NCBI GenBank assembly: GCA_965214095.1
Contig: OZ243938.1
Span: forward strand, 2,176,001-2,240,000
DNA: 64,000 bases
Origin: Candidatus Poribacteria bacterium
GTDB taxonomy: Bacteria > Poribacteria > WGA-4E > WGA-3G
Reading direction: 5' to 3'
How positions within the stretch are numbered: the first letter of the stretch is position 1; every line of letters begins with the position of its first letter. Of this stretch, positions 51,532-61,311 are shown piece by piece. The notes under the pieces are model-generated. The model searched no databases and was not told where the DNA came from. It saw only the letters and a program-made list of their open reading frames with translations. Both the position numbers and the translations under genes were made by a program.

Positions 51532-52677
51532 TTAAAACTTTAATCCTACACTAACACGATGTGCGTCATTCAGGTATCCGAAATCTGCGAATGCGTAATC
51601 CAACAATAACATAGTGTTACCAAACTTTAAATGTATTCCCAAACCGAGAGTCAACCCCTCTTCATCATCACTGTGGTCAGGACCTAAACGGAATTTATAG
51701 CCTGCCCGAAGTGCCGCCATCTTTCTGTACCAGTATTCTGCGCCGAGATTCAGACGTTCACTGTTGTCATTTGGATGGTTACCATCAAGTGCGATAGTGA
51801 GAAGGTTGCTTTCATCATCAATTAAATCATAAGCGACTCCGAGTCGGAAATTTGAAGGCAGCGGAAATTCAACGGTATCCAACTCCGCTTTAACCGATGG
51901 ATTCGTTGTATCTGGGTGCGGTGTATATTCTGCCAGTTGTTCATTTCCCGCAACTTCGGTACCCGACTCAAGATCAGGACCGCTGAAACGCATCTCAGGA
52001 CCAAAATTAGAGAAAGACATCCCGATCCGGAGGCTACGCCATCCTGTATGATATAGGGTGCCAACATCTAAAGCAACGCCTCTGGCACTTTCCCGATGAA
52101 TCTGCTGATGGATATATTTGGCATTGATACCAAAGGAGAGATTAACACCGGATTCTTTTTGATAGAGTTGTCTGGAATACGCTACCGAGACTGCAGTATC
52201 CCACGCGGAATACCAAAGTCCAGTGCCATCAGGGAAGTCAAGATTAGTGATTTCCGTATCGGGAACGTTGAGGAAAGTTACACTTGCCCCTAACGTTCCG
52301 ACCTTTTCTATTGGTATTGCAAAAGCGAGATAGTTGTATCGCACGTCCGCAAGCCAAATCGTGTGTGTATCTGAAAAGCTTGTCTTTTCAAGCTGACTCA
52401 AACCTGCTGGATTCCAATAGATGGTCGTAACATCGTTGGCAATTGCACCAAATGCACCGCCTAAACTATCGACACGAGCACCCGGTCCGATCTTGAGAAA
52501 TTGTGCCCCCGCAGTTCCCACATTCGTTGTCGCATAACTGGGAACTATCAGTGAAAATATGAGAGCCACCATGAGAATAAACGTGAATAATGGAGTATGA
52601 TAGCACTGCGTATCTGCTTTTCGTCCCTTTGTTAACCTACAGTCCTGTCCATCTTGATATAAAGTAACATTGTGCAT
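51532..52677 (-). CDS. PorV/PorQ-like (UPF0164-type) outer membrane beta-barrel
   Basis: GTAGAQFLKIGPGAR..LGGAF.AIAND..IYWNPAGL, LP..FRLG, ALRAGY, C-terminal HRVSVGLKF. Confidence 0.85.
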   Translation of the reverse strand: MHNVTLYQDGQDCRLTKGRKADTQCYHTPLFTFILMVALIFSLIVPSYATTNVGTAGAQFLKIGPGARVDSLGGAFGAIANDVTTIYWNPAGLSQLEKTSFSDTHTIWLADVRYNYLAFAIPIEKVGTLGASVTFLNVPDTEITNLDFPDGTGLWYSAWDTAVSVAYSRQLYQKESGVNLSFGINAKYIHQQIHRESARGVALDVGTLYHTGWRSLRIGMSFSNFGPEMRFSGPDLESGTEVAGNEQLAEYTPHPDTTNPSVKAELDTVEFPLPSNFRLGVAYDLIDDESNLLTIALDGNHPNDNSERLNLGAEYWYRKMAALRAGYKFRLGPDHSDDEEGLTLGLGIHLKFGNTMLLLDYAFADFGYLNDAHRVSVGLKF

Positions 52678-52701
52678 GTGTATCTCCTTAATCGTGTTCC
52701 T

Positions 52702-55700
52702 TTATCGGATGATTGCAAATCGTCCGACCTTATTTCCGATGACTTCATCATTTTCATCTTGTGCTTCAACATGAAAGATATAAACACCACTGGCAAGAGC
52801 TTGATTATAGCGGTTGAGTAGATCAAATTCCGCTGTCCCACCTTTGTCTCCTTGTGCTAATCGTTCATCAGGACTGAATGCATCGGTGCTGTCGTGTTTG
52901 ATTTCACGCACCAATTCCCCTGCCAACGTATAGATTCGGATTGTGCAATGTGGTGGAAGTCGCATGAAGAAAATCTTATCTGATCCTTCAACAGTTTCCG
53001 CTTTGTTTGTAACAAAGTATGGGTTTGGAACGACCCGAATGCGATCGAGATCTTCTTTGATATTATCTGCTTCAAGCGATTCTTTTTCTGTGGTGAGTAG
53101 CTGCTCATCTCCGTTCTGTGGTGCGCTGATACCTCCCATTTCAACAGTAAATACATCACCAGCAGAAATCCCTCCATTCGGATCAAAAATGTAAACATAA
53201 GCACCACGAATGAATATCCTGAAGAATCCTTCTGTGTCCTGAGGTACGTATTCATCGCTCCAGCCTGCCCCTGTTAGGATGGCATATCCATCAGCACGTT
53301 GGTCATTGAACTTAATTTCTTCACCCGTAGTTTCGTCTACGACTTTGACATGCGTATCGTCTGTAAACGTAATGGTGTAGGTGTGTGGACGGTAATAGGT
53401 TGACCACCAGACGTTGGGCCATGTGTTTTCGCCAAAGCCGGGGGACTCTATTGTCGCTGACCAGCCTGCGACTGTACCTGCGGTCAGTTGGACATCGTTA
53501 ATCGGATTTTCCGATGGAGTGCCGTAAGAAATGTCAACTCCTGTCAGTTTCAATATCACCCCATCAAACATTGGGGTACGGACTTCAACAGCCTCTTGAT
53601 GTTCCGGGTCATACCAACCAAAACTTTGCTTTTCAACGACCGTTTGATTTGTTGTTGTGTTGACAATCTCATAGGTAGGAGGTAGGTAGCCAGGACCTGT
53701 GATGTATGCCGCCGCTCCAGTCTGTTCAGCACCATACCAAACAATCTTATATTGATGTCCAGTAACTTTGTCTGGTGCTATCACCATGGGTTCAACAGAA
53801 ACAGTTACATCCCCGTTTGGCACCAATTCAGCGGTAGGTTCTTTATACCCGGCAGGATGTGCGCGTGGAACAACATGAACCATCGTTTCAATTTGGCTGC
53901 TTTCCATTGCTGGCAGTGCCTTCTTAGGGTTACCTGTATCGTAAGAGGTAACCGCATAAGTATATTGGATGCCATTGGTTAAGCCAACGTCTGTATAGAA
54001 ATTCTTGATACCCGAATCTTCACCAAGTGCCTGGGATGTAGTTGAAACGACTTGGAAAATATCCCCAGCCACGGGTGGTCCTTCAGGTCCATCCGTAATT
54101 GTAACATATAATCCACCGAAATATATCTGTTCACCAGAGCGGTATGTTCCATCAGGATGCGGTTCACCTGTATCAGGATTCTTGACCACAACATACCCTC
54201 CTCCATTTGCTGGGAATTCGGGGTTATATGTCATCACTTCCCAAAGTGTTGTATTTATTATCTCGAATTCTGTGCTGGAATTGAATTTGATAGCATAGGT
54301 CGCATTCTTGAAGAAATCTGCGAAAAAGGGTTCATCTCCCATGTTTTCAATAGTAGCATCCGACTGCTTGCCAACGTGTGCGACAGTAAAGTAATTACCA
54401 GTAGCACTCGGTTGATCAAACTCCATCAATAATTCCCAATCTTCCACAGGTTTGCCAGTGTTTTCATCATAAGCAGTATCCCGTCTATAAACCCTATAAC
54501 CTTCAAATATCTTCTCTGAATCGGTGGGATCAACATATTCTTCAATATTCTTTTCAACTTCGTTATCCACCCATAGACCAGTACTATCCCATACGAGAGA
54601 GACCTGTCCATCTGCAGGATAAGCCGTTACCATCGGTGAGGGTGGTGGAGCTGGGGCAATGTAATCATCGTCATATAACTTCTGTGCCCAATCTGATGCT
54701 ACCTGTAAACCTGCTAAACCTTCGCCAATAGCCACTGCTACAATGACATTAAATGTCTGACCAGGGGCAAGTGTTTGAATTGGACCGTATGATTGGATAA
54801 ATCGTTGGTCGTCATAGTTCGCCGGAAGTGGTTCAACCCCGGGCGTACTGATAAGCGCATACATCTCAGCATCGGTTGTTGGATCTGTGTCAATAGTAAT
54901 CCGCTTGTGTGCAGTAAAAGGTATTTTAGCTATTTCATCTTCTGAATTCTCACCCAAGTACGCATCAAGCACACGTAAACCGATGTATCCCGGTGCAGAG
55001 GCGTTAGAAAACCCGTAAGAGAGATAACGGTTGGGATGATCACCTGGATTGAGACTGTCGGGTGTTTGGTCTAAAGCAACGAAGTCATCTGCTGAGTAAC
55101 TTGCTGTTCCTGTCTCGTTACTTGAGACATCCACATCATAACGAAAAGCCATGAAAACATCTTCAAGTGTGTCGCTACCTACATTTTTGACATTATACTC
55201 AAGAATAAAGAAGTCATAAAGTGGTGCATAACTCCATTGAAATCCGTTGACTTCAAGTTCTAATCCGAGTATCAACCCTTTATTTGCTTCAGGATTAGTA
55301 TCAGTGCATTTGAAGCGAATAGATTGGTTTGTCGGTGTGCCTTTTGTGGTTACACCGGGTTTGCGAATATACACCTCATCTCTTGTTCCATATATTGTTG
55401 GGTCAAATTCTTCATCAGTTATATGGTCAATAGGCCAGATTTCACTCTGTCTACCATCTGACTCGGCGACACCAACTTCACCATTCCTTTTCGCACCGAT
55501 CCAGATGTCACCTTCAAAGATGTAGGAATCGTTTGTACCTGCTGGCCACCACCCTGATGGATTGGCTGTTGGATTCCTTGGATATCCAACGACTGTTGTG
55601 TTGAAAATAGCAGAGGACAAATTTCCTACGTCCAATGCTTTCCAATCTTCACCTGCATTCACCGAAAATGCGGTAAATGCTAAGACCGTAAATAATAGAC

Positions 55701-55719
55701 TATATCGCAGTATCTTCAT
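52702..55719 (-). CDS. Large secreted protein with FN3-like segments and a T9SS-CTD-like C-terminus
   Basis: Start MKILRY with signal peptide; APAPPPSP..DGQVSLVWD, FEGYRVYR, YTYAVTSYD; C-terminal IRVVPNPY..IRIYTLAGELVREI..LASGVYIFHVE. Confidence 0.85.
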   Translation of the reverse strand: MKILRYSLLFTVLAFTAFSVNAGEDWKALDVGNLSSAIFNTTVVGYPRNPTANPSGWWPAGTNDSYIFEGDIWIGAKRNGEVGVAESDGRQSEIWPIDHITDEEFDPTIYGTRDEVYIRKPGVTTKGTPTNQSIRFKCTDTNPEANKGLILGLELEVNGFQWSYAPLYDFFILEYNVKNVGSDTLEDVFMAFRYDVDVSSNETGTASYSADDFVALDQTPDSLNPGDHPNRYLSYGFSNASAPGYIGLRVLDAYLGENSEDEIAKIPFTAHKRITIDTDPTTDAEMYALISTPGVEPLPANYDDQRFIQSYGPIQTLAPGQTFNVIVAVAIGEGLAGLQVASDWAQKLYDDDYIAPAPPPSPMVTAYPADGQVSLVWDSTGLWVDNEVEKNIEEYVDPTDSEKIFEGYRVYRRDTAYDENTGKPVEDWELLMEFDQPSATGNYFTVAHVGKQSDATIENMGDEPFFADFFKNATYAIKFNSSTEFEIINTTLWEVMTYNPEFPANGGGYVVVKNPDTGEPHPDGTYRSGEQIYFGGLYVTITDGPEGPPVAGDIFQVVSTTSQALGEDSGIKNFYTDVGLTNGIQYTYAVTSYDTGNPKKALPAMESSQIETMVHVVPRAHPAGYKEPTAELVPNGDVTVSVEPMVIAPDKVTGHQYKIVWYGAEQTGAAAYITGPGYLPPTYEIVNTTTNQTVVEKQSFGWYDPEHQEAVEVRTPMFDGVILKLTGVDISYGTPSENPINDVQLTAGTVAGWSATIESPGFGENTWPNVWWSTYYRPHTYTITFTDDTHVKVVDETTGEEIKFNDQRADGYAILTGAGWSDEYVPQDTEGFFRIFIRGAYVYIFDPNGGISAGDVFTVEMGGISAPQNGDEQLLTTEKESLEADNIKEDLDRIRVVPNPYFVTNKAETVEGSDKIFFMRLPPHCTIRIYTLAGELVREIKHDSTDAFSPDERLAQGDKGGTAEFDLLNRYNQALASGVYIFHVEAQDENDEVIGNKVGRFAIIR

Positions 55720-55784
55720 ATAAACTGACCTCCATGTTACAGTGCTTGAACACAAATCATCTAAACAGAAATGTTATAGAGAAT

Positions 55785-56159
55785 TTATGAAGCAGCTTGT
55801 AACGAATATGGTTGAATTAAAATATCCGCAGGAATTCCAAGACCTTTGTGTAATCTACGAATCATGTCCAAAGATAATGTGAGTTGTCGATTCAAGATGT
55901 CTGATACAGAGGAGCGGGAACCAAGATAGGGAACAAGGTCCTGCTCAGAAAGACCTTGACTCTCCATGTAATGAAGAATAGCATCAATTGGATCTGTTTG
56001 TGGTATAGGGTGATGTTCTTCTTCATAAGCCTCCACAAGTGTGACAAGTACATCAAGCATATCACCTTCTGGTGAACCATAACCCGCGTCCCAAAGTAGA
56101 TCTATACTTTTTAGAGCAGCATCGTAGTCTGCTTCTGTTTTAATCGGTTTAATTTTCAT
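55785..56159 (-). CDS. higA: HigA-type antitoxin (HTH)
   Basis: MKIKPIKTEADYDAAL..LDVLVTLVEAYEEEH..DPIDAI..SRSSVSDILN..LSLDMIRRLH..GIPADIL. Confidence 0.9.
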   Translation of the reverse strand: MKIKPIKTEADYDAALKSIDLLWDAGYGSPEGDMLDVLVTLVEAYEEEHHPIPQTDPIDAILHYMESQGLSEQDLVPYLGSRSSVSDILNRQLTLSLDMIRRLHKGLGIPADILIQPYSLQAAS

Positions 56160-56168
56160 GTCAATCCC

Positions 56169-56462
56169 TCAGACCGTAGTAGAGTCAATCTTATTAAATT
56201 CTTCATGTGTCCCGATAAATCGGATATAGACAATACTCTATTGATATCTTATTGTTACTACTAAACGGTAGATATTTCCCTTAATGTTGAATACTACACG
56301 GTTATTTGCGAGAAAACTTGCATTTCGATAAGCGTTCTTTACATCTGAAGGTGTTTTCCACTCTGCACGTTTCACATAATTGTACCATGCTTGGAGCGGA
56401 CGCTCAGCATCTGGATGTTTGGACCAATATTCCCTTAGTGCACGACGTGATATTATCCTCAT
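56169..56462 (-). pseudogene. higB: HigB toxin interrupted by an in-frame TAG at codon 75
   Basis: MRIISRRALREYW..RVVFNIKGN.YRLVV..YQ-TAG-SIVYIRFIGTHEEFNKID; the conserved C-terminus continues in frame to TGA at 56171-56169. Confidence 0.85.
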
Positions 56463-56510
56463 ACCTATATTATACCATATAAAGTAGGGTTTTCACTTCA
56501 GCAAAAAATA

Positions 56511-58457
56511 TCATTCTGCTTCTGTGATTTCAAAAATCCTATACCTCTGTTTATTGCCATTACCAACGTCTATTTCTTCTTCAATATACAGCGGATAACT
56601 GTACTCTCTATCTGTAACAGAGAATAGATATGGAATAGCACCAGCCTGTCGTGCCTCCTTTGCTTTCGTTTCAAGAATTTTTTGTTCGGCATCGTTTGTG
56701 ATTTTCAGTGGATATGTTGACCTATCAGCATAATACATCAAATCAAAATGTGCACCTGTTCGCTGCTCATCAAGGAAAAAACAGACATTTTTTGGCATCT
56801 CCTGTTGAATACGTTCACCACTTTGGACATATAATGGAATCTGTGCATTACGTTCAGTAACATTGTAGGCTGCCTGGACATACCTCCCCGCATAAAACAG
56901 CGCAAGCATAAGTGCAACAACACGCACCCCCATCCATACCCATCTCTGCCACTCTTTTTGACGTAATAATTGATAGACACCAAAGAAAATTGCAAGTAGC
57001 AACCCAAATGCCATCAGTTGCTCAACAATGATGAAGTGTTTGTGTATGAAAGGTGCAAAACCTTTGATGTTATCAAATTGAAGAAAGCCTATTCCTTTCC
57101 CACTTACTGCTAAAGATAACCACTTTCTGTTATGAACAAGTGTGCCTCCAATGGATATAACGGCAATAGACAGCATCATCCCACCCCAAATTGCTGTCCA
57201 GAACCAGCCTTGTTGTTCTGCTATCATACTACCTCTTGGTGGAAACAGATTGCTCGCCATAGATTCGGTATCTCGGTGTTGATATGCCCTACTGATGATA
57301 GCTGCCAAACACATTACCAATGCTGGCACGGAAATCATTGTCGCAGATGGAGTTTTCGTTTGTGCAAGTGTGTGTGGCAAAATTACACCGATACCCCACG
57401 CCAAAACAAACAGTTCCGATAATCGCCAATGCCTGAACCTGACTACAAGCAAGCATAACACAGCTGCAAATATTGCAGCATAGATGAATGGATAGAACAG
57501 TGGCATATATTCAAACAATGGTCGGTCCCATGACGCTGCCCAACCTTCAACATTCGTATTGAGATGGTCAAGAACGCGTTTATGTTCCCATATAAATTCC
57601 TTCGGATATTTTATTAAACAATAGATTGTCCAAGGTGCGACAGTCCCAACACCAGCAAGGAGTTGTATGACGACATCACTGAGTCGAATCTTCACATTTT
57701 CTTCATCTGATACGGCTTCACCTACTTTTTCTTGAGCCTCTAACGGAGTCGTTTGAATTCTTTTCGCTCTGTATTTGCGTATTATCCGTTTGCATAACGC
57801 AACAGACCAAACGACAGCAGCAAGACCGAATGTAATCAGTGCCAGATAACTCTTTGAGAGATAAGCGATTCCCATCGCCACCCCTGATAGGATATAATTC
57901 CTCCTTTTGCCGCTGCGTATGCCACGAAGCAAAAACCAACACGATACTTGCACCCATAGAAGCAACGCAATATCTATGTGATCCGAATAACGATAACCGT
58001 GAACTGAAGCAAAGAGAAAAGGATTAAACGCCTGAAGGAACGCTGCGATAAGGCCTGCACGTTTATCAAATAGATCAGAAGCGATCCTAAATGTCAACCA
58101 TGCTGACAGCATAAGACTGATGGCAGATGGCAAACGTAGTGCGAAAGCGTTGATACCAAAGATAAAGTGTGATAGACATATTTGCCACATAGCCACAGGT
58201 GGTTTGTGTAGCCAGATGTGGTTGTTTCCCCAATGTTTGTAATCATATTCAAGCCACGGTTGATCGTAAAGCGTGAATTTTAACGGATGTTTTGTTAGAT
58301 TCCGAGCGACTATCGCATGAAAACCTTCATCCCAAAAGTGGATCTTGCTGTGTCCAAGGTTTCGCAATACTAATACAAAAGATGCAATCAGAATACATAA
58401 GAGTATTATTTTTATATGTATATTTTTGCTATTTATGAATGAGTTCTCAAAAATCAT
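56511..58457 (-). CDS. ArnT/PMT-like (GT-C fold) membrane glycosyltransferase
   Basis: WDEGFHAIVARN, WLHKPP, FGINAFALRLPSA, many TM helices. Confidence 0.85.
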   Translation of the reverse strand: MIFENSFINSKNIHIKIILLCILIASFVLVLRNLGHSKIHFWDEGFHAIVARNLTKHPLKFTLYDQPWLEYDYKHWGNNHIWLHKPPVAMWQICLSHFIFGINAFALRLPSAISLMLSAWLTFRIASDLFDKRAGLIAAFLQAFNPFLFASVHGYRYSDHIDIALLLWVQVSCWFLLRGIRSGKRRNYILSGVAMGIAYLSKSYLALITFGLAAVVWSVALCKRIIRKYRAKRIQTTPLEAQEKVGEAVSDEENVKIRLSDVVIQLLAGVGTVAPWTIYCLIKYPKEFIWEHKRVLDHLNTNVEGWAASWDRPLFEYMPLFYPFIYAAIFAAVLCLLVVRFRHWRLSELFVLAWGIGVILPHTLAQTKTPSATMISVPALVMCLAAIISRAYQHRDTESMASNLFPPRGSMIAEQQGWFWTAIWGGMMLSIAVISIGGTLVHNRKWLSLAVSGKGIGFLQFDNIKGFAPFIHKHFIIVEQLMAFGLLLAIFFGVYQLLRQKEWQRWVWMGVRVVALMLALFYAGRYVQAAYNVTERNAQIPLYVQSGERIQQEMPKNVCFFLDEQRTGAHFDLMYYADRSTYPLKITNDAEQKILETKAKEARQAGAIPYLFSVTDREYSYPLYIEEEIDVGNGNKQRYRIFEITEAE

Positions 58458-58513
58458 CTGTGTTATGCAATTTACCGACCTGTAACTTTCTAATAAGTAT
58501 TATCACCCAGTTT

Positions 58514-59119
58514 TTATAATAAATACAATATCCCAATTCCACCGATGACCATAAACACTCCCGTAATCAGATAAAAGATAAAGGTGATAAGTTTTATTGG
58601 TCCGGATGAAAGACTGAAATGGTTATTCATTTCTGTGACTATTTTTGAAAGCACAGAACGGTGTTCACGTTGTTTAATCTTAATCATTCCTGACCCCAAC
58701 CAAGACTGAATAGCAACTTGCAAATCCGCATCTATAGATGTCAACCGAATGGTAGATAAGGATTCTTCGTAAGGTAACTGAAGTTTTTCAAGAGCAGCAA
58801 GGAGTGCTTCACGGAATGTCGTATCAGTTATGCCATAGGCAGCATATCCTTTCAGAGCGAAAAACATCATGACAAGAACAACAGAAAATATGGCAGGATT
58901 TAGCCAATCCATCAAATCCATGTCATATATCGAAAAAAAGAATGGCATTATTATGCTTGGTACAAAACCAACTAACATGACTAATAACAACCATCTATTT
59001 GATAGCAAGAACGGATTTTTCGTTACAATGCCGCGTAACCCTATAATCAAGAAAAATGCCGCCATCACACCAAACATAATCGGCAAGAAAATTGAATACA
59101 TTTGGATACTAAAGTCCAT
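58514..59119 (-). CDS. Hypothetical membrane protein
   Basis: Four hydrophobic helices; RBS AAGGAG. Confidence 0.75.
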   Translation of the reverse strand: MDFSIQMYSIFLPIMFGVMAAFFLIIGLRGIVTKNPFLLSNRWLLLVMLVGFVPSIIMPFFFSIYDMDLMDWLNPAIFSVVLVMMFFALKGYAAYGITDTTFREALLAALEKLQLPYEESLSTIRLTSIDADLQVAIQSWLGSGMIKIKQREHRSVLSKIVTEMNNHFSLSSGPIKLITFIFYLITGVFMVIGGIGILYLL

Positions 59120-59193
59120 ATTTTTACTCCTTAAACGACTGCGGTAGGTGTGGTTTCTGACATCACATTATTTCACAATTGCTTGTATCAAAC

Positions 59194-60195
59194 TTATACC
59201 CATCCATCTTCAATCATCAGTGTTAGCGGTGATTCCATCTCTTCCATTGGGAATTGGACGCGCCTTCTCTTCCGAGATGACTCATAAATTGCCATAAGAA
59301 GTTCAAGCGTAGCATACCCACATTTACCACTTGAGCGGTGTTCTCGGTCTTCTTCAATGGCAATGATCATGTCTCGTACAGGTGTAATCCCTGGTGGTAG
59401 TTCCGGTGTTGTCCATGCCCCACCGGTTTCTTCGTTTCGGTATCGGATTCCCGGTCCACCGGGAGCTGCAAGTTCTATTTCACCTTCTGTGCCATAGCAA
59501 TAGATATGGTGATAACCTGGGGCAGTGTCGTTGCCAGATTCAATGATGCCACGCACGTTATCTTCAAACTTGAAGTAACCGACTGCAAAGTCTTCGGAGT
59601 GCAAATCATATTTTGTGGGTGTGCCGATACGTTCAATCTGTCCAATCACCCAACTGACAGGAGTGTCACCGTGTAGATACAACATCAGATCAACGGTATG
59701 TGTAGCGTTATCCTTCAGATCACCCCCGCCACAGATGCCGTGAATTCGGAAAAGATCCCCGATAGCACCGTCAGCAATCATTTGTCTTGCATGCTGATAG
59801 GGTGTGCTAAAACGCACCTGATGGTCAATAGCCAACTTCACACCGTTCTCTGAACACGACTCAAGCATTCCTTTTGCTTGTCCGAGGTTCTCTGCCATCG
59901 GTTTTTCTGACAGAATACCTTTCACACCGTGTTTGGCTGTTTCAATCACAAGTGGTGCATGGTGTTTCGGGCGCGTGCAGACAGACACCAGATCTATATC
60001 TTCTGTTTGCAGCATTTCAATGAAATCTGTGTATCGTCCTTCTACTTCATACTTTTCGCCATAGGCATTAAGCCGTTCTTCATCAATATCTGCAATAGCG
60101 GTTATTTTTGCCCGCGGTTCATTCACATACCACCCAGCGTGCATGTGTGAAATCCCGCCGCATCCGATGATCGCAACATTATATATCTTATCCAT
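59194..60195 (-). CDS. Gfo/Idh/MocA family oxidoreductase
   Basis: AIIGCGGIS, ILSEKPMA, HQVRF, THTVD, YGTEG. Confidence 0.92.
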   Translation of the reverse strand: MDKIYNVAIIGCGGISHMHAGWYVNEPRAKITAIADIDEERLNAYGEKYEVEGRYTDFIEMLQTEDIDLVSVCTRPKHHAPLVIETAKHGVKGILSEKPMAENLGQAKGMLESCSENGVKLAIDHQVRFSTPYQHARQMIADGAIGDLFRIHGICGGGDLKDNATHTVDLMLYLHGDTPVSWVIGQIERIGTPTKYDLHSEDFAVGYFKFEDNVRGIIESGNDTAPGYHHIYCYGTEGEIELAAPGGPGIRYRNEETGGAWTTPELPPGITPVRDMIIAIEEDREHRSSGKCGYATLELLMAIYESSRKRRRVQFPMEEMESPLTLMIEDGWV

Positions 60196-60213
60196 TGTAA
60201 GTTCCTTTCATTA

Positions 60214-61299
60214 CTATAAGTCAGATTCGTTAAGTTTATTATAGATGTCAGTACCCACACTTACTAATTTCTCTCGGATTTCATCCCAATCATCTCGATC
60301 ATTTTTCCCTTTGTCAAGGACTGGGAATTTAACTCTAATCTCCGTGGATGTGTCTGTGTTTTCATATTTGTAATCTGATTTTGAAAATAATCCGACTACT
60401 TTGTCCCTAAGATGCGAAGGGTTTTCTCCCCAGAAGTATAGTTGAATGTAACATGCCCTATTAACAAGTCTGAACCACATTTCAACATCACCAATTGTCT
60501 TACCCTCCATCCATCCAACATAACGTAGTAATGTCGGTTTCCCAGTGAAAAGTTTTCCGAGTTCACCTTGAAGAATTGGTATCCAAAATTCACTATACTC
60601 ATCATCAATTTTCTCGTTAGTGTTGGCATCATCATCTTTTTGTCCACGCGCGCTAATTTCCCAAATGTATGTGTCAACGTCTCGGACAGAAAGCCCTAAC
60701 TGTGTCGAAGATACTTCTAAGATGTTAAGTGCTTCAAGGGCTGAAACGTCTCGGTCTAAGAGATTTGAAACGAATCTGATAATATGCACATCGGGTTTTG
60801 TGGTATCCGCACCAAAAAGCATGCGAAGGTATTGAAAACCTGCAATGCCAAAACCACTAATGTTCAAATCTTGGTATTCATGTGGTTTAGCATTAATTGC
60901 CCACTGTTTAAGAGTTTTTTCTTCTTGAACATCAGATGTTTCCTCAACGATTTTGCAGACAAAGTCCACAACTGATTGAAGAGTATTTGCGCGATCTTCA
61001 TAATTGAAATTGAGTTCTTGTTGCATAAACGCGTGAGGAGTCGCATAACTTTTCATGAGACTTGCTAATTCGTTTATAGTGCTTATGTCAGGATGTTTCT
61101 CAACGAATGCATCTAACCGTGGGACTACAAACGCGTCGTATTTTCTGTTGAGGGAAAGGACACAGTCAATGACAAGTACTGCAGTTGATCTTGACCACGC
61201 TGGATCTACAGTTCCGTAGCCACGAACATCAGGTCCGAGTCGTCTTACACCTTCCGCAACAGCATCTAAATCAGCCTTTTCAATACCAATGTCCTTCAT
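60214..61299 (-). CDS. Hypothetical protein: HhH-GPD glycosylase-like N-domain plus DUF4268-like C-domain
   Basis: ISGFGIAGFQYLRMLFGADTTKPDVHI (HhH hairpin plus conserved Asp); C-terminal YSEFW..DDWDEIREKL. Domain calls are by eye. Confidence 0.6.
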   Translation of the reverse strand: MKDIGIEKADLDAVAEGVRRLGPDVRGYGTVDPAWSRSTAVLVIDCVLSLNRKYDAFVVPRLDAFVEKHPDISTINELASLMKSYATPHAFMQQELNFNYEDRANTLQSVVDFVCKIVEETSDVQEEKTLKQWAINAKPHEYQDLNISGFGIAGFQYLRMLFGADTTKPDVHIIRFVSNLLDRDVSALEALNILEVSSTQLGLSVRDVDTYIWEISARGQKDDDANTNEKIDDEYSEFWIPILQGELGKLFTGKPTLLRYVGWMEGKTIGDVEMWFRLVNRACYIQLYFWGENPSHLRDKVVGLFSKSDYKYENTDTSTEIRVKFPVLDKGKNDRDDWDEIREKLVSVGTDIYNKLNESDL

Positions 61300-61311
61300 T
61301 CTAAATTCTCC

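Noticed and set aside
56238-56240. Pyrrolysine or programmed amber readthrough in higB
   Set aside because: No pyl genes in the window, the position is not a recognisable catalytic site, and a nonsense mutation in a toxin is simpler.
57690-57760. REP-derived insert in the ArnT-like gene (VGEAVSD loop)
   Set aside because: GTAGGTGAAGCCGTATC has no palindrome and only weak similarity to the REP families.
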